64,000 bases of DNA, taken from Oikopleura dioica. Taxonomy: Eukaryota > Animalia > Chordata. The position numbers and the translations under genes were made by a program. Positions 11,701 to 24,676 of this stretch are shown here, in pieces. Position 1 is the first letter of the stretch. Every line of letters begins with the position of its first letter. The notes under the pieces are model-generated. The model saw nothing but the letters and a program-made list of their open reading frames with translations, had not been told where the DNA came from and did not search any database. Where the stretch lies: assembly GCA_907165135.1 (NCBI GenBank), contig OU015566.1:13702001-13766000 (forward strand), written 5' to 3'.

Positions 11701-12529
11701 CCTTGCAGTAACTGCCACTCCAGTTGTTGATGTTTTTTGTTGATGCTCGGTCGAAAGAAGATTGAATCTCCAAGGGTTGAATTTTTTAATTTTTGCGTTT
11801 TTGTTTGAGTTTTGTTCAAATCATTACCGATTTCGTCAGTCTTAATCTTCAAAGTTCTGTTAGTTACTGTAGTTCACAGGGGATCAAATTGCGAACATCG
11901 CATAAATAAGGGAGTGAGAGTTGAAATGAGTTCGAGGGTACTTCCTGTAAGAACAACTCATCCTACAAGCAACTACAGTACCCTAAATGGACTAGTACAT
12001 AAGTTAACATAATTCAGTATAATTATGAATCATCAAAAACAAGATTAATCAGTAATAGGGTCAAATTAACAAAACAGAACTTTGGATAAAGAAACTAAGT
12101 TTTTCTACTGATAAATGACTGTAAATCAAAAAAAGAACAGTATTCTTCCATCTGATAGCCTTAACCCTAAACTTGGGATTTTAAACTATTTTTCTTCCGC
12201 CCTAAGTTTTCTTTTAAACTATAACTTCTACTGCTAGTTCGATTCTTTGCGCTAGTAAATCAAGTTTTTTCGTTAATTTTTTTGCATTTTTACGCGGCGG
12301 CGCGCTATGTTCTTCCTCGGATGAGTTGAGATAGCCTCATTCTCTCCAGTCTCGCCTTCGTCTCTCTCTCGGTATCGTCTCGCGCTCTGGGCTCGCGCCC
12401 CTTACGCTCACTACTCTTAGCTCCGCTCCGTCAAGGGAAGCACGGAAGAAGACAAAAATTTGTAGCCCTCGCTCTCGATGGAGAGGGGCGATTCAGCGGC
12501 AGGTTCAGGCAGCGCGCCAACCCTCGATC

Positions 12530-12582
12530 CTGATTGGTCGCACGCTGCAACGGCGCACGAGCTCAGCGGCGTCGCTCATTGG
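12530..12582. promoter_or_regulatory. GC-rich promoter-like region with two ATTGG (inverted CCAAT) boxes upstream of ARID2
   Basis: CTGATTGGTC and CTCATTGGAC within a CpG-rich island at about 12290-12700. Confidence 0.45.
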
Positions 12583-13460
12583 ACAAGGGGAAATGAATAC
12601 CCAGGGGGAACTAGGGTGCGCCAAGGGTTTCCCGCGGTAATTCATTTCCCCGGGGTTCAACGTTCAAATAACCGGCCGGAAGCCAAGGATTCTTGAAAAT
12701 TTTCAAAAAGAAAATTTTCTGCAAGAAGTCCTTGAGCTTTTAGGTCGGGTTATTTCACCGGAAAAGCGGCGAAAACGCTCAGAAATTTATTTTCTGCTTG
12801 TTTCCACGCGAAATTTTGATTTCAGAAGACCTTCCTTGCGAAAAATTAATGTTTTCCGTACTTTCAATCCGTTTTTACAGCTTTCACTGTAAGAAAATGG
12901 CGACAATCAGATCAAATTGTCATTAATTGCCCTCATTACCGCCTTGTTCTTACAGTCAAATCTGTAAGGACAGTTTGAAAGTGTGGAAATCATCCATTTT
13001 TCGTAAATGAATTGCTTTGGAAATCAAAATTTCGCGTGAAAACATTCAGAAGATTAAATTTCTGAGCGATCGAATTGATCTTGAGTAAACATGTGACTAC
13101 GCTGGATGATCCGCGCGCGCCCTACTCCACCACACTTACTAGACAGGCAACTGTCAAACGGCTTCGAACGCCACGAAGATTACCTGACAAGAGCCCAGGC
13201 TCTCAAAATCAACTCAACTAAGGCCTCGTCTCTTTCCTGCTCAATTCCAGCTAAAATTGCCTTTCAAAATTCATTTCACGTTCTTAATCCAATTTCCTGC
13301 TAAAACCTAAATTTCGTCTTCAATTTCGCTAATAAAACGGCCCCTGGGCCACTTTCAATTGAAACACGCTCAATTCAACGATGCAGGAGGCCATTTTAAA
13401 GCGCTCAGGAATGCTCGAGTTCATCCAGCAGTGGGAGAGGCAGAGGGAGGACTCCACGAC

Positions 13461-13470
13461 ATATAAAATA
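13461..13470 (+). promoter_or_regulatory. TATA box with no annotated ORF downstream
   Basis: ATATAAAATA flanked by GC-rich sequence, with a pyrimidine-rich initiator-like tract about 30 bp downstream. Confidence 0.45.
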
Positions 13471-13794
13471 GGGGGGTTCTCCGGCGCGCGAGAGCTCTTT
13501 TTCATCGCAAAAGTTCGAAGTTTTGAGATAATCGCAAAACGCTAACAGCCACCAACTTCCTCTACTCTTTTTTCGAGGGATTCTACAGTGAAACTGCGTC
13601 TTACAGGACGAGAAACTGTAGCTAACCTAACGAAAGTCTCAATCCTAATTTGACTATCATCATCAATGGAAGGCTTTTTTCCTAGATTCAAGTTTATTCA
13701 TTTCTATCTCCATGTTGTGCTGTTTCAGGGCAGTGTAGTGCGAACTGTGGGAAGGAGATTTAAAAATAATGCTTTGTTGAGTGTAGAATTGAAG

Positions 13795-16700
13795 CTAAAA
13801 ATCTTTTTCTGTTGAACTATCAAGTATCAAGTCAGGAATGCCCAGCAGTAGCCTCGGTCTAACTTTCCATTCCGTCGAGTCGTTCGGCGTGAAACTCGAT
13901 TGCTGCGCTGAGGATATACGAGAGCACAGGCTGAAGGGCGTTTTGACACGAGGAAAGAGGGACGAAGAGGTTACCTGATCGGCGTAATTACATAACTCCG
14001 GGTGAGATATGACCTCGTTCGCGATTGGAAGTTGCTCGGAATTTGTGCAGAATCGGAGCAACTGGTCGACTAGTGTATCTTCTATCGCTTCCAATGGTTG
14101 ATGCGCGTTTTCCAGCGCTCGCTAAAGAGAATCAAAAGGGATAAGAGGGCTTGTTTCTATACCTTCCAAGAAGGATGCTCTATTTCGGAGCTTATGAGGC
14201 GAGCCCAGATCAGCGTGTTTAACTCGTTTCGTTCCCTGGGTTCGGCTAGGTCGTACACTTGCATCGCGTTTTCAACATCATCTGAAGAGATGCAGTTGCA
14301 ATCAAGGAGGAAAATGGACTTACCGATAGTTATTTGTCGAATATTTTGATTGGTAAGAGCGTCGATGATGTCATACACGTCGAGAGCTGAAGAGGTGTTG
14401 GAAACGCGCAACTGTGGATCCGGAATTGTGTCTTGGAAATCCAGAAGTTTTTCTTCCTTGATCGCTTGAGTCTCATCCGGAGGAGGAGCCCCTCCCGCGA
14501 TGGAGGCAAGTTTAGCGAGGCTGATGAGTGTTCGTCTTCCATACGCATTCGAATCGTCCTTTGCTTGCTCGACCAGTCGCTCTCCCGCTTGGTCAAAGTT
14601 GTTCTCGCGGATCATCAGCATCCAGCCGTGATCGCTGTCTTCTCTGACGAGCTCGGCGATTCTGCCGCCGAATTGGACAGCAATGTCGACAAGTTCTTTC
14701 CCAACGAATTTGCTTTTGATGAACTCTGGAAATTCTGGAATAAGGAGGTAGCGAGCGAAATCCTTTTCATTCTTCGTCGCTAGAAAGAAAGAATATGCTG
14801 GGAGTTTAGGTTTGATAAGAGGTTGCTTTTGATTTGCTAGAGTATGAAATACTCGTTTCTGATTGGGTCGATGAAAGAATAAGGGTTTTTGATTGGAAAA
14901 ATAATGAAAAACTTGTATATAAAGAAACCCAAACCCCATAAAACCAACAATTACCTTGGTAAACCTCCAAAAGCCCACCAAAATCCTGAAATTGCTCGGC
15001 CAGCAATCCCGCTTCATTCCATCGTTTTCGCTCCGTAAAAATCGCTACGCATTTTTCGCGAATGCTGACAAACTCTTTCTGCGATTCTGAGTTTGAGTTT
15101 CCTGCTTTGACGTGAACCAATCTGTCCGAAAGAAGAAATTTCGACATGATGAAGAGTTGCTCGATGACTGTGGCACGCTGTTGCTCGAATTTTTTCATGC
15201 AAGAAACGTTGATTGTCGAGAGGAGGGTTTTCAACCAAAGTTGGGTCCAGAGGCGAGAGGTTTCTTGGTACAAATCGGCGTTGTCTTGGCGGAAAGAGGC
15301 TGAAAATGGACGTTAAGAAAGTTCTCTTCCTTGATTTCAAGATAGAAAGGTCATCTCCGTTACTTACTGATTGCGCCCAAAATCGAGCAAATCGTCTGAT
15401 TCGAGTGATGAATCAAATCGAGCTCTTGAACTGTCGGCGTTCGTTGCTGAGTCTGGTTGACAATATTTTCGCAGAATTCAGAAAGCGCATTGACGATGTC
15501 TCCAACTTCCGTAACTTTTGCATAAAAAACGTCCTGTGGCGTGAGTCGCTGAGGAACTCGCGACCCGATTGTGGTCAAGACGCTTTGAATCGCGTGACCG
15601 ATGACTGTTTGCAAATTCGCAGGGCTGGAACGAAGAGCAGCGGCGACGGCGAGTTTTTCAGCGTCCTGAGCGATGATGCCGAGGGCTTCTCCGTCGACGG
15701 AAGAGGCGACGAAGGAACGGAATACTCCGTGGGTAGCGATCTTTTCAGCGAGTTGCTTTTGGATCAGAAGTGGTTTTCCAGCTTTGAGGAAGGCTTTGTC
15801 TTTGATAATTAGCAGCTGCTCGTGATTAAACTTTTTTGTTCTTTAGGAAAGATGAAATATTCGGAAATGGGCTGATTAAATTATTTCCAGCTGTTTGTAT
15901 TTTCGTGCAGATATAAATAGCTGCAAGAAAAGAAATTTTCATCAAATAAAATGAAGCAACAATGAAGACGAAATATCTTAATGTTTTATTTTTTAAAACT
16001 TCAAGATAACTATTTTTCATATTGAAAACCGACGAAAAACCTGAAAATATCAACAAGGGCAACAAGGGCAGCAAGGGCAACAAAAACAACAATGCTAGAG
16101 ATGTTCGCGCGAAAGATGAGGAGTTTCCTAGAAGACAGGCGCGGAGCGCATACTCTCTTTGATTGATCTTCGTAACGCCCGGTTATTCTAGATGCTGTTA
16201 AGTTTTTTTTTGTTTTTTCATAAAAATAGATAGTTGCAATGACGAATCTTAACGATAAAATAGGTCGATTCATGCACTTTGGCTTGGAATCAAAGGCGTT
16301 GGAAAAAAAATTTCAATATGAAAATAAAAGGACTTTCGTTTTTCGTCTGTTCACTTTTGAGGAAGATATTGATCCAAGAACTTACTTTCATACTTATGCT
16401 GCATAAGTTATGCAAAATTTCTAAAACGCAGAAAATGCATTAAATCAACAATTCTAGAGACGCGCGCTCAAAAACAATAACAGAAGCCAACTCAAAAACA
16501 GCGCAACCTCTCAAAACCTGAAAATATCAACAAGGGCAACATTGTTGCCCTTGTTGCCCTTGCTGCCCTTGCTGCCCTTGTTGCCCTTGTTGATATTTTC
16601 AGGTTTTACCAAAACCGATAATCAATGAAACAAAAGCTCTTCCAGGCATTTTTGCGTGTCATTTTCCTGTATTACTTTTCTACAAATAAAAAACTTTAGC

Positions 16701-19197
16701 TAGTAAAAGATTCAAGTGTCAATAATTGTAAAAATAAAAAAGTTTTAGATAGATCAGGTCGATAGATGGTTTGATTGTGATAAAATGTAGCTATAAATCT
16801 GATTGTTTTTAAAATAAAAAGCGCTGAGAAAAGAATCTTTCACCACAAATTTGAAAATGAAGCAAAAATTAAAACGAAATTTCGATAATTTCTCTTGTGG
16901 ATAAATTATCGAAAATTATTTTTATTCCTAAAAACGAAGTTTTAATCAACAGCAAAAAGGAAAATATTTTTAGAACTATTGAGACCATCAAATAAAATCT
17001 TTCATAAAACCAATGAGTATTATCTTTTCAGAATATCATTAGTAAAGCCTTTCCTTGAGGCGCCGCAGCGGCGCGACCAGTCTCCGACCATCTCGGATCA
17101 TGAGTTGGAATTTCATTGATAAAATCGTGGCTCAATTGAATCGCAGTCGAGTTCACATCCCCCACAGTAGCGAGCAGTCCTTTCGCTTCATTTTTATTTC
17201 CCCGTGCAAACTGCAAAATCGCCGCCTGAAGTCGCAACTTTGGATTGTCAGATCCGGCCATTTGCTCCATCGACTCGATCGATCCCATCGACGAGATCTC
17301 TTCCGTGTAGCTTTTCGATCTTCCGATCATCGTTTCCGAGAGCGTCTCCGTGTTCAACTTTTGCATCGTATTTTTCATCACCAACCCTCTTTTCGTCAAA
17401 ACCACCACTTTTCCGTCAAAAGCGCCGACCGACAAAATTTCATCGAGTTTTTCGACGTCGCAATCTTCGCCCAACCAAAGTCGACTGGCTGAAACAACCG
17501 CTGATTCAGTCATGTAAGGGAGGATTACGGAGGCTTGGTGGTTTTGAGGGAGGCTGATGATTTTCGAGTCGAATTCGTAGCTTTCGTTTAGCATTTCAGA
17601 AAGGCTAAAAGAGGGAGGAAAATGAGGCCTTCTTTTCAACCAAAAAATCCCGCTTTCTTATTGGTCAAAGCCTGTTTTTGAGCGTTTTGATTCGCCAACG
17701 GCATTTTCCCTCCCTAACCTGATAATCTTCAATTTCATCTTTTCGCCAAAAGAAGAAAGAAAGCCAATGTACTTGGAGTTCCCGTAAATGCTCAGCAAAG
17801 AATCAGAATCATCATCAATCACGTGTTCCTTCTCCATGGACGTTCGCAACTGCGCCTGGTCGCCCAAAACATCCCAAAGTTGAATTTCGTCTTTTTGAAA
17901 AATCAAAACTAATTCGTCGACCATCGTCGACAGCGGCGGGTGCTCAAAAGTCTCGCTGCTCGCCCAAAGCGAACTGATTGTTCTGCTCAAGAAGCCGGTT
18001 TGCTTCTGATTTCGGTGGATTCTAGCACTGACGGAGGAGTTGGAGATGGAAAGGCCGACGAGACCGGCTTTGGAGGTGACGGCGACGATGCGGTTTTTTG
18101 AAGAGTGGAGTTGTTGGACGATTTCGCCGGCTTTAATTGGATGAAAAAGGGGGTCCAAATTCGGGTCAGGAAAATATTGACAAATCTGTGCGATTGCAAT
18201 AAATCGAAGCTATAAATCTGAGTGTTCAACATAAAAGCGCAAATCAGGGGTTCTTTTGCATGAACAGATAAAATGAAGCAAATAATGAAAGGATCTCGAA
18301 GAAAAATGTACCACTACGAATCTTGATTTACATCTCAGAACAAAAAATTGACTGTGTCACTTATCTTACCGGGAAAATAAAATTGTGTAAAAGTCAAACA
18401 AAATAATGATCTTATCTGTAGATAAAGATTGTTTAAAAATGATGATATCAATCTTATCTTTTCTGATAAGAAGAAACAGGCGCTGAAAGATTAAAAAAGT
18501 CGATTTTGCTTTATATTGATGCTATAAATCTGATCTTTTTTCGCATAAAAGCGAAAGCGAAAATTTGTACTCACCAAAAAATTTGAAAATGAAGCAAAAA
18601 TTGAAAAGAAATTTCTGTAATTTAGTTTCTTGAATTCGAAATTAAATTATCGAAAATTTTTTTTGATGAATTTCAAGTTTAGGACCTGAAGTCCCGAATC
18701 ATCAATTACGGCTGTCCTCGCGTGTGCGATTCACATTTTCTATGTTTCAAATGAAATAAATTTCAATTGTGATTGAAAAAAAATCAAGCTTTCGTTCATC
18801 CATTTCCTTCAACAGGCACTCTAAAATCAATCCACCTCGTTTCATCAGAATACTTCGGCCAAAACCGGCCAGATCCAGAAATAGAAATAAAACAAGCAGA
18901 TTGCTCGACAATCGCAAAGTTCTTCGCCGAAACATTCGAATTGACCGGCGTCTGCACTCTGAAACTCGTCGTCTTTTGGTTCATTTTCCAGCAGTGGAGG
19001 CTCTCGCCCGCGGCGACGCAAGCCCAGCCATCGTTCAAAATCGCAGCGCTGGAAACGGACTGGTCTTTTAGCAGCTCGGCGATGTGTACGGGAACGCTAG
19101 AACCGCCCCCGAGGCGAGAAGCGGAGGGAGACGCCCGGGGCGAGTTGCCGAGTCGGAGGCGGGAGCGTTTTGAACTACTCCCTTTTGGAGTGAACAT
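13795..19197 (-). CDS. NUP133: Nucleoporin Nup133
   Basis: N-terminus SSVPVHIAELL...DGWACVAAGESLHCW...SGRFWP matches the Nup133 beta-propeller. Later exons have HDPRW, WNEAGLLAEQFQDFGGL, HGWMLMIRENNFDQA and RRTLISLAKLASIA. ATG is preceded by TTTCAG|A. Confidence 0.92.
16513..16607. mobile_element. 95-bp palindromic MITE with internal 9-bp CAAGGGCAA repeats
   Basis: AAAACCTGAAAATATCAACAAGGGCAACA ... TGTTGCCCTTGTTGATATTTTCAGGTTTT. The same terminus recurs at 16036-16090 and 33964-33998. Confidence 0.8.
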
Positions 19198-19630
19198 TCT
19201 GAAAGGAGGAAAGGGGTTAAATTTATAATGTTATGAAAATGAGAAAAGAAACGGTTTTCACGATTTTTACGACTTCATTGATTAATTTTTTTAGTCAAAA
19301 TTCAAATATAAATTGATGAAGAACATTTTCTCTGTTTGGTAGAACAAGAATCATAATTGTGTTTCTCTTGAAAATTCCCTTTTTCTCTCCAAGCGCCTTT
19401 TCCGCCTCGACCAATCGGCGCGCGCGTCGAGATTCCCCTTCTCCCGCGCTGGAAATTCCTGCTAGTTTTTCGAATCCTTAGAGAAAGCCCAGAAGATCAA
19501 GAAAAATGGAATCGCTGGATGCTTGGGTTCATCAACAGCACTTTGAAAAATGGAGCGATAAATATTTTAAAACTCAAGGTCAGTTTTCTTAATTTTCCCT
19601 TTTTCTCCAACTTTTGTTCCAGAGAACCGA

Positions 19631-21614
19631 ATGAACAACGCACTGGTGACCCAACTGATCACCACCACTCTTCGCCAGCAACAGCAAGCGAGAACAACAA
19701 CAGCAGTCAACAATTTGCTTCAAAATGCGCGAAGAGCTCAAAATAACCTTCCAGACGTTTTCACCGCTCGAGTCACAATTCCTGCAGTTTTTCGAAGAAT
19801 TCTAGCAGAACTCATAGGCAAGTCTTTCTTATATTCTTTATTTCTTATTTATCTCATTTTTCGATTTTAAAAGTCATTCGTAAACATTATCAGCAATCTT
19901 TTATCTTGAGACTCATTTTTTAAACCATATAAATTGCACCTATCGTAGTGAGTTACTTCCTAAACCAGTAAAAAGTTTCATTTTTCTGAGTTCTGAAATA
20001 ATGAAAATGTGTCTTCTTATATAAGCCAAGCAAGGTGTGACATTCATCTTGCCTGAAAGCGAAGCAAATCATTCAGTCTTTTAGGCAAGAAACTCCAATA
20101 TCTTGCCAGAAAACCCCTTTTTTCGACCGTCTCGGTATATTCCTACCCTAAAACTCTCTCCTCAGACTCCTGTTTCATCATGCTTGCAAAGATAATTTTC
20201 CTGCTGATCATCTACTCCGATTCCTTCGCCACGATATTTTCCCCTTCCCAAGAAGTGCTCGAAAACGTCATCGCCGATTTGACCTCAACTTTTCTCCTCC
20301 AAACGACTTTTATCGACGAAGTTTACTACGATGATATCGCACAAATGGACTTTTCAAACGGAATGGGCGACGATCTGCTTACTGTAAGTCAACTGATTCT
20401 TGAGAAAAGGGGTTGATAATGGTTTTAGTCTTGGCTGACGCTTCTCAACTTCAAAGTGATGGTGATTTTCTACGAGACGTACTGTACTTATCAATGGGAA
20501 GCCACTTTAGGTAAGACGCCGAAGATTTTGGAGGGTATCAAGAGTTTATTATGTTGATCAATTCTTTAGTAAGTTGTCAATAATTCGCAAGTTTTCATTA
20601 ATCTCCCGGTAGTCGTCAGCTTCTTTTCGTTCTTTGGCACTGATGCAAGTCTGGCAAAGTTCTGAGTCTTTACTGAATCTAGCTTTTCTCGCCTCGTGCC
20701 CGAGAACATTCAAAGTTTGCATAACGCCTTTGAAAAACCAGTGGCGATCCGCAGGCTGAGGGCAGATGTGTTCAAAGAAATGGTCGAAGGAAAGACCTTG
20801 GCATTGCTTGTCCATGCACTTGAACAAAAGTCGCCAAAGATATTCATTCCTCTTTGGGACCTTACAAGCGCAATATCGTCCATGACTTTCGATATTATTT
20901 CGTGTCATGAGACAGCCAAAGCACTGTAAAAGATCAGCCTTGGTTTGGTCACAGGAGTTTTTGTACACATCCGCCGGAAACTCTCTTTGAAAATTTTAAT
21001 TTGTTTTATAAGTAATTTTACCTGCAATAGTGGCAAAATCCGAGAGTAGGAGTCCTTATAAAAGAGGGTCCTAAATCTCCATCAGCAATGTCCACGGCAA
21101 ATTCGAAAGGGATTTTTCTATGATCACACATTTCTGATTATTTTAAAGAGCGCCTTGACGCTGCCACTTTCGCAACTCTGGTATTGATCAAGCTCGGTTT
21201 CTGATTGTAAACTCAAGCCAGCAACACCAACGAATAAATACGGAAATCTTAGTCATTTGTTGATTCAACATCATATGCATTTTTCTCGCCCCAGGCTCTT
21301 TCTTGCGGAGTCACAGTATAATTACATCTGACTCAAGCTCATCATCATTTTCAGGAAAACTGATCTGCGGCATGAAAATCGTCCACGTCAAGTCACACAG
21401 CCACCTTCAATGGGAAGCAGACAACCGTCACGTGAAAATCCTCGAGTGCCAAAAAGTCGGATTGAAAGGCGCTTTCTGCCGCTCCTTATTCAAGAATCTC
21501 TCCGCTCTGCTCATGGTTCCAGGCCACATGACGCCGCTCTTCAACAAAATGAGAAGAGCGATTTATGACTCCGCTGCCTGTACAATCGTCGTTCGAAATC
21601 TTCAAAGAGTCTAA
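19631..21614 (+). CDS. FAM8A1: FAM8A1-like RDD-domain membrane protein
   Basis: Exons 19631-19817 (GC donor), 20167-~20383, ~20430-20510, ~21295-21614. They splice to IPAVFRRILAELIDSCFIMLAKII...VMVIFYETYCTYQWEATLG...GKLICGMKIV...FCRSLFKNLS...RRAIYDSAACTIVV, the RDD signature of FAM8A1. Confidence 0.85.
20558..21131 (-). CDS. Nested antisense Cys/His-rich (RING/TRAF-zinc-finger-like) protein inside FAM8A1 intron 3
   Basis: AATCAG|AAATG start; two exons joined by a ~37-nt GT-AG intron near 20985-21020. Protein MCDHRKIPFEFAVD...FCHYCREFPADVYKNSC...QCFGC...HGRYCAC...FKCMDKQC...FEHIC. Confidence 0.72.
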
Positions 21615-22046
21615 CATTCAAGCTATCCTTTCTGTAGTAACTTTTCGTAGAAAAAAACATGTCAAAATTGAAATTTTAAAGTTTCTTTCTGTTCAAAATA
21701 TGGCTTATTTTCTATAAAAGAATCACTGGTAAAAATATATTGATAATGTAACAAATTCAACAAAGAAAATTATTAAGATTGAATATTGAATTATCCTTAG
21801 ATCAAAAGATGGAAAGCTCAAGAAAAATCGCGGTCGGTGAAACCAACTCAAGTGAGTCAAGCCATTTTCTCTAGTTCCCCCGGTTTTTCGTGATTTTTTC
21901 TCTAGATAACTTGAGAATTTTACTTTTCGGGAAACAATTTCCAACTAATGTTCTAGGACTATTCTATTCATTCACTTATGTACTAAATACATCCTCATTT
22001 TTTTGTCGATAAGAGACTCTCACACCCTTCTGTTTAGAGATTAACA

Positions 22047-23080
22047 ATGGCGGAAACCGAAGCTGTTCCAAAAACCGAAGAAAACACCGTTGATTTGAAC
22101 CCTACTGCGGATCAGTCCACCGAAATCGACCTTGAATACGACTTTGAGGTACCTCTTGCTCCTTCCTTATCTTCATTATTCAACCCTTCTTAGAACTACC
22201 CAGAAACTTTCTTCGAAAACTTCAGCAGCACAAAAGATCAGAAAGTCTTCAACAACGGCTCGCTAGTCTGCATTTCCAGCGAGAAACGAGTTCGATTTCC
22301 CTGTTGCATTTCCGCGCTTTCTATCAGAATTCCGAAGCTCAACCAGGAATTTCACAAGGCGAAGAAGAGAATGCTCGAAACTGGCTTTTTGAACACTTCT
22401 ATTGATCTACAACTCCCCGATTTTCGACAGGTACAAGCTACTCGGATTTCCCTTCTCACTAAAAATTTAGGAAAATACGTCTTCTGCCGAAACCGCGCTG
22501 CGAATAATCTTCCAGTACGTCTTCCACGGTCACTTTAATGTCTCTCCGATGGCGATAAAAAACGTCGCCGTCCTCGCCGCCTATCTTGAAATCGACCCGA
22601 TCCTCGAAGCTCTGCCGACCGCGGCGGAGAATTTGGACATTTCAGACTTTGACATCGAGGTTTACAAAAAGATCGCGAGTGGGTTGGGCGAAATGAGTGT
22701 GGTTGGACTCGAGAAGTTTACGAATGTCTTTGGCGGGCAAAAACGAAACAAGGTAGGGAAGACAACATCGCTTCTTTTCGATTTACGCCCACTTTTAGCC
22801 AGCCCAAAAGCGCACAGCCGCGAATACTGCCACTCTTCAAGAAGCAAAGAAAGAAAGCCCGCAGCCAAAGAAACAGCGGCCTTCCGAAGAACCCGTTCCA
22901 GATGAAAACTCGTTTGTCATCAGAGATTCCATGGCAGAAGAAGATAAAGAGGAGGACAAAATGGAGACGACGACAGATGCAGGAGAGATCCCGGGCTTGG
23001 AGGAGCCAAAAGAAGGAGAAAAAGAAGAGGAAAAGGCAGAAGAAAAGAAGGAAGAGGAAGCAGCAGCGGCGGAGGAATAG
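22047..23080 (+). CDS. Divergent BTB/POZ-domain protein with acidic C-terminal tail
   Basis: Four exons with short GT-AG introns. ALRIIFQYVFHGHFNVSPMAIKNVAVLAAYLEIDPIL resembles the BTB core; Glu-rich tail ends at TAG 23078-23080; TTTAG|A acceptor before the ATG. Confidence 0.7.
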
Positions 23081-23591
23081 GCTGATATTTATTGAATCCA
23101 TTTATCTTGCAAGTTAAAGTTACTACTGTCCAAAAATGATGCAACTTCAATTAGAATGAATAAAATTGTCTGATTATCAAATGAAAAATAAACGCTCAAG
23201 CTAAAGCTTTTCAAATGAAAAGAAATTTTTGATATATTGAAAGAGGTGGTTTAGAATGATAAAACTGCTGATTCGGAGAAAGAGCGAGAAGTTCTCGCTT
23301 GTTCCGAAAAATATCTTTCGAGATCGGAACCTGCCTGCGAGGTTTAGGAAGAAGGATGATCCGGTGAAGGAGATAAGGTCTGGTTTGGTTCACAAATGAT
23401 TGGGCTTAGAGTTTTGTAAGAAATGGTTTATTTGGTGATACTTACGTACTAAAGTAGGCCGCTGGAAGAGTTGGAAGTTGCTTTCATTATCGTTTATTTC
23501 AATTACAATATTGATTCAATGAAGTGCCAAACCCATCACAGAATTCGTCGCACTCAAGAAACATGAACAACTTTTTGCCGACACAGGTGGA

Positions 23592-24214
23592 ATGCGCAAG
23601 CTTCTTGGCACAGTCTCTCTCCTCATTTCCTCCTCCGTCGGTTATTGCTTGTACAAAACCTTCCTGTTCGAAGAACTCGAAGAAAACCTATCAAAATCGG
23701 AAGAAATTGCTTTACGAGCGGCTTATTTCAAATTTGGAACGTCTCATCTTGCTTATTTAATTTTCCTTTTTCCTGGGTTGAATTGTATCTTTCCTCGACT
23801 TTGTTTGAAAATTTGGGGAGTGCAGTTGCTTTCAAGAGCACCCAAGAAATCACCAGTTGTTTTGCTCCAGCTTTATCTGATCGTTTTCGCGTAAGGGGTT
23901 TTTTGATCGATTTTTATAAAGAAAATTCTAGAGCTCTTGCTTCTGCAACTTCTATCGACCCTTATTCCATCGCTTGGATCGATTCTTTGCCCGAAGAAAA
24001 ACGCCAGGCCGCGGAGAGCTGTTTAATTCACCCAGCATCTGGAATTTACGATCACTTGCCGTACATTTATCGAGTTCTTCACGCTGGTACTTTAAGCTAC
24101 AAACATTTTCAATGCGAAAATGGATTTTTGGATAGCAAAGTCTTCAGCTTTTTACTTGACGAAAACATGAAGGAATCTTTGAGAGTGTGGATTTATTCAA
24201 AAAGGTTTGAGTGA
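23592..24214 (+). CDS. Hypothetical protein with N-terminal hydrophobic segment; exon structure uncertain
   Basis: MRKLLGTVSLLISSSVGYCLYK N-terminus and a long downstream open frame, with a GT-AG intron near 23893-23922. The first intron boundary is unresolved and no family is recognised. Confidence 0.5.
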
Positions 24215-24676
24215 AAAATATGCCTTCAGTGGAGAATTACTTGTTTTACTAGACAAGTGCTCATTGGAATGTTTGGAAACAGCAAACAGATGTCATCCAG
24301 CGAGCCGTGAAAAATTGAAAGACGATTTAATTTATTGCTTCTCTCTGTAATATTACTGTACCGCTTCTTGTTGGATCGTGTTTTGTGCAAATGTGATGAT
24401 TATACATAAAAATTTAACACTGTAAGTCAAGTTTTCTGCCGTTCTTAGTCATTTTTGGCCAAAAAGATAAAAAGAGCATTTGGCGGCTTCGGGACGGCTT
24501 TCGGACAGTCCAGATGTCGCCAGATGCGGGAGCATGATGCTCCGCGCGAGTGCTCTTCGCGCCGCACGTGCTACAACACTTTTTTGACTTCGCAAGCAAA
24601 AGAGAGAGAAAGGGGAAATAAAAATGAGCTTCTTTCAGACTTTCGAAAAAAGCGGTAAATCGAGAAAGATCGAGAA

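Noticed and set aside
13579-13752. TCTACAGTG (miR-139-like) and GGCAGTGTAGT (miR-34c-like) matches
   Set aside because: Matches of 9-11 nt are expected by chance, the hairpins are weak and the miR-34-like sequence is on the wrong arm.
23211-23510. Possible small minus-strand gene between the BTB gene and the orphan
   Set aside because: A donor-like site exists, but no frame links an ATG to the downstream segment without a stop.
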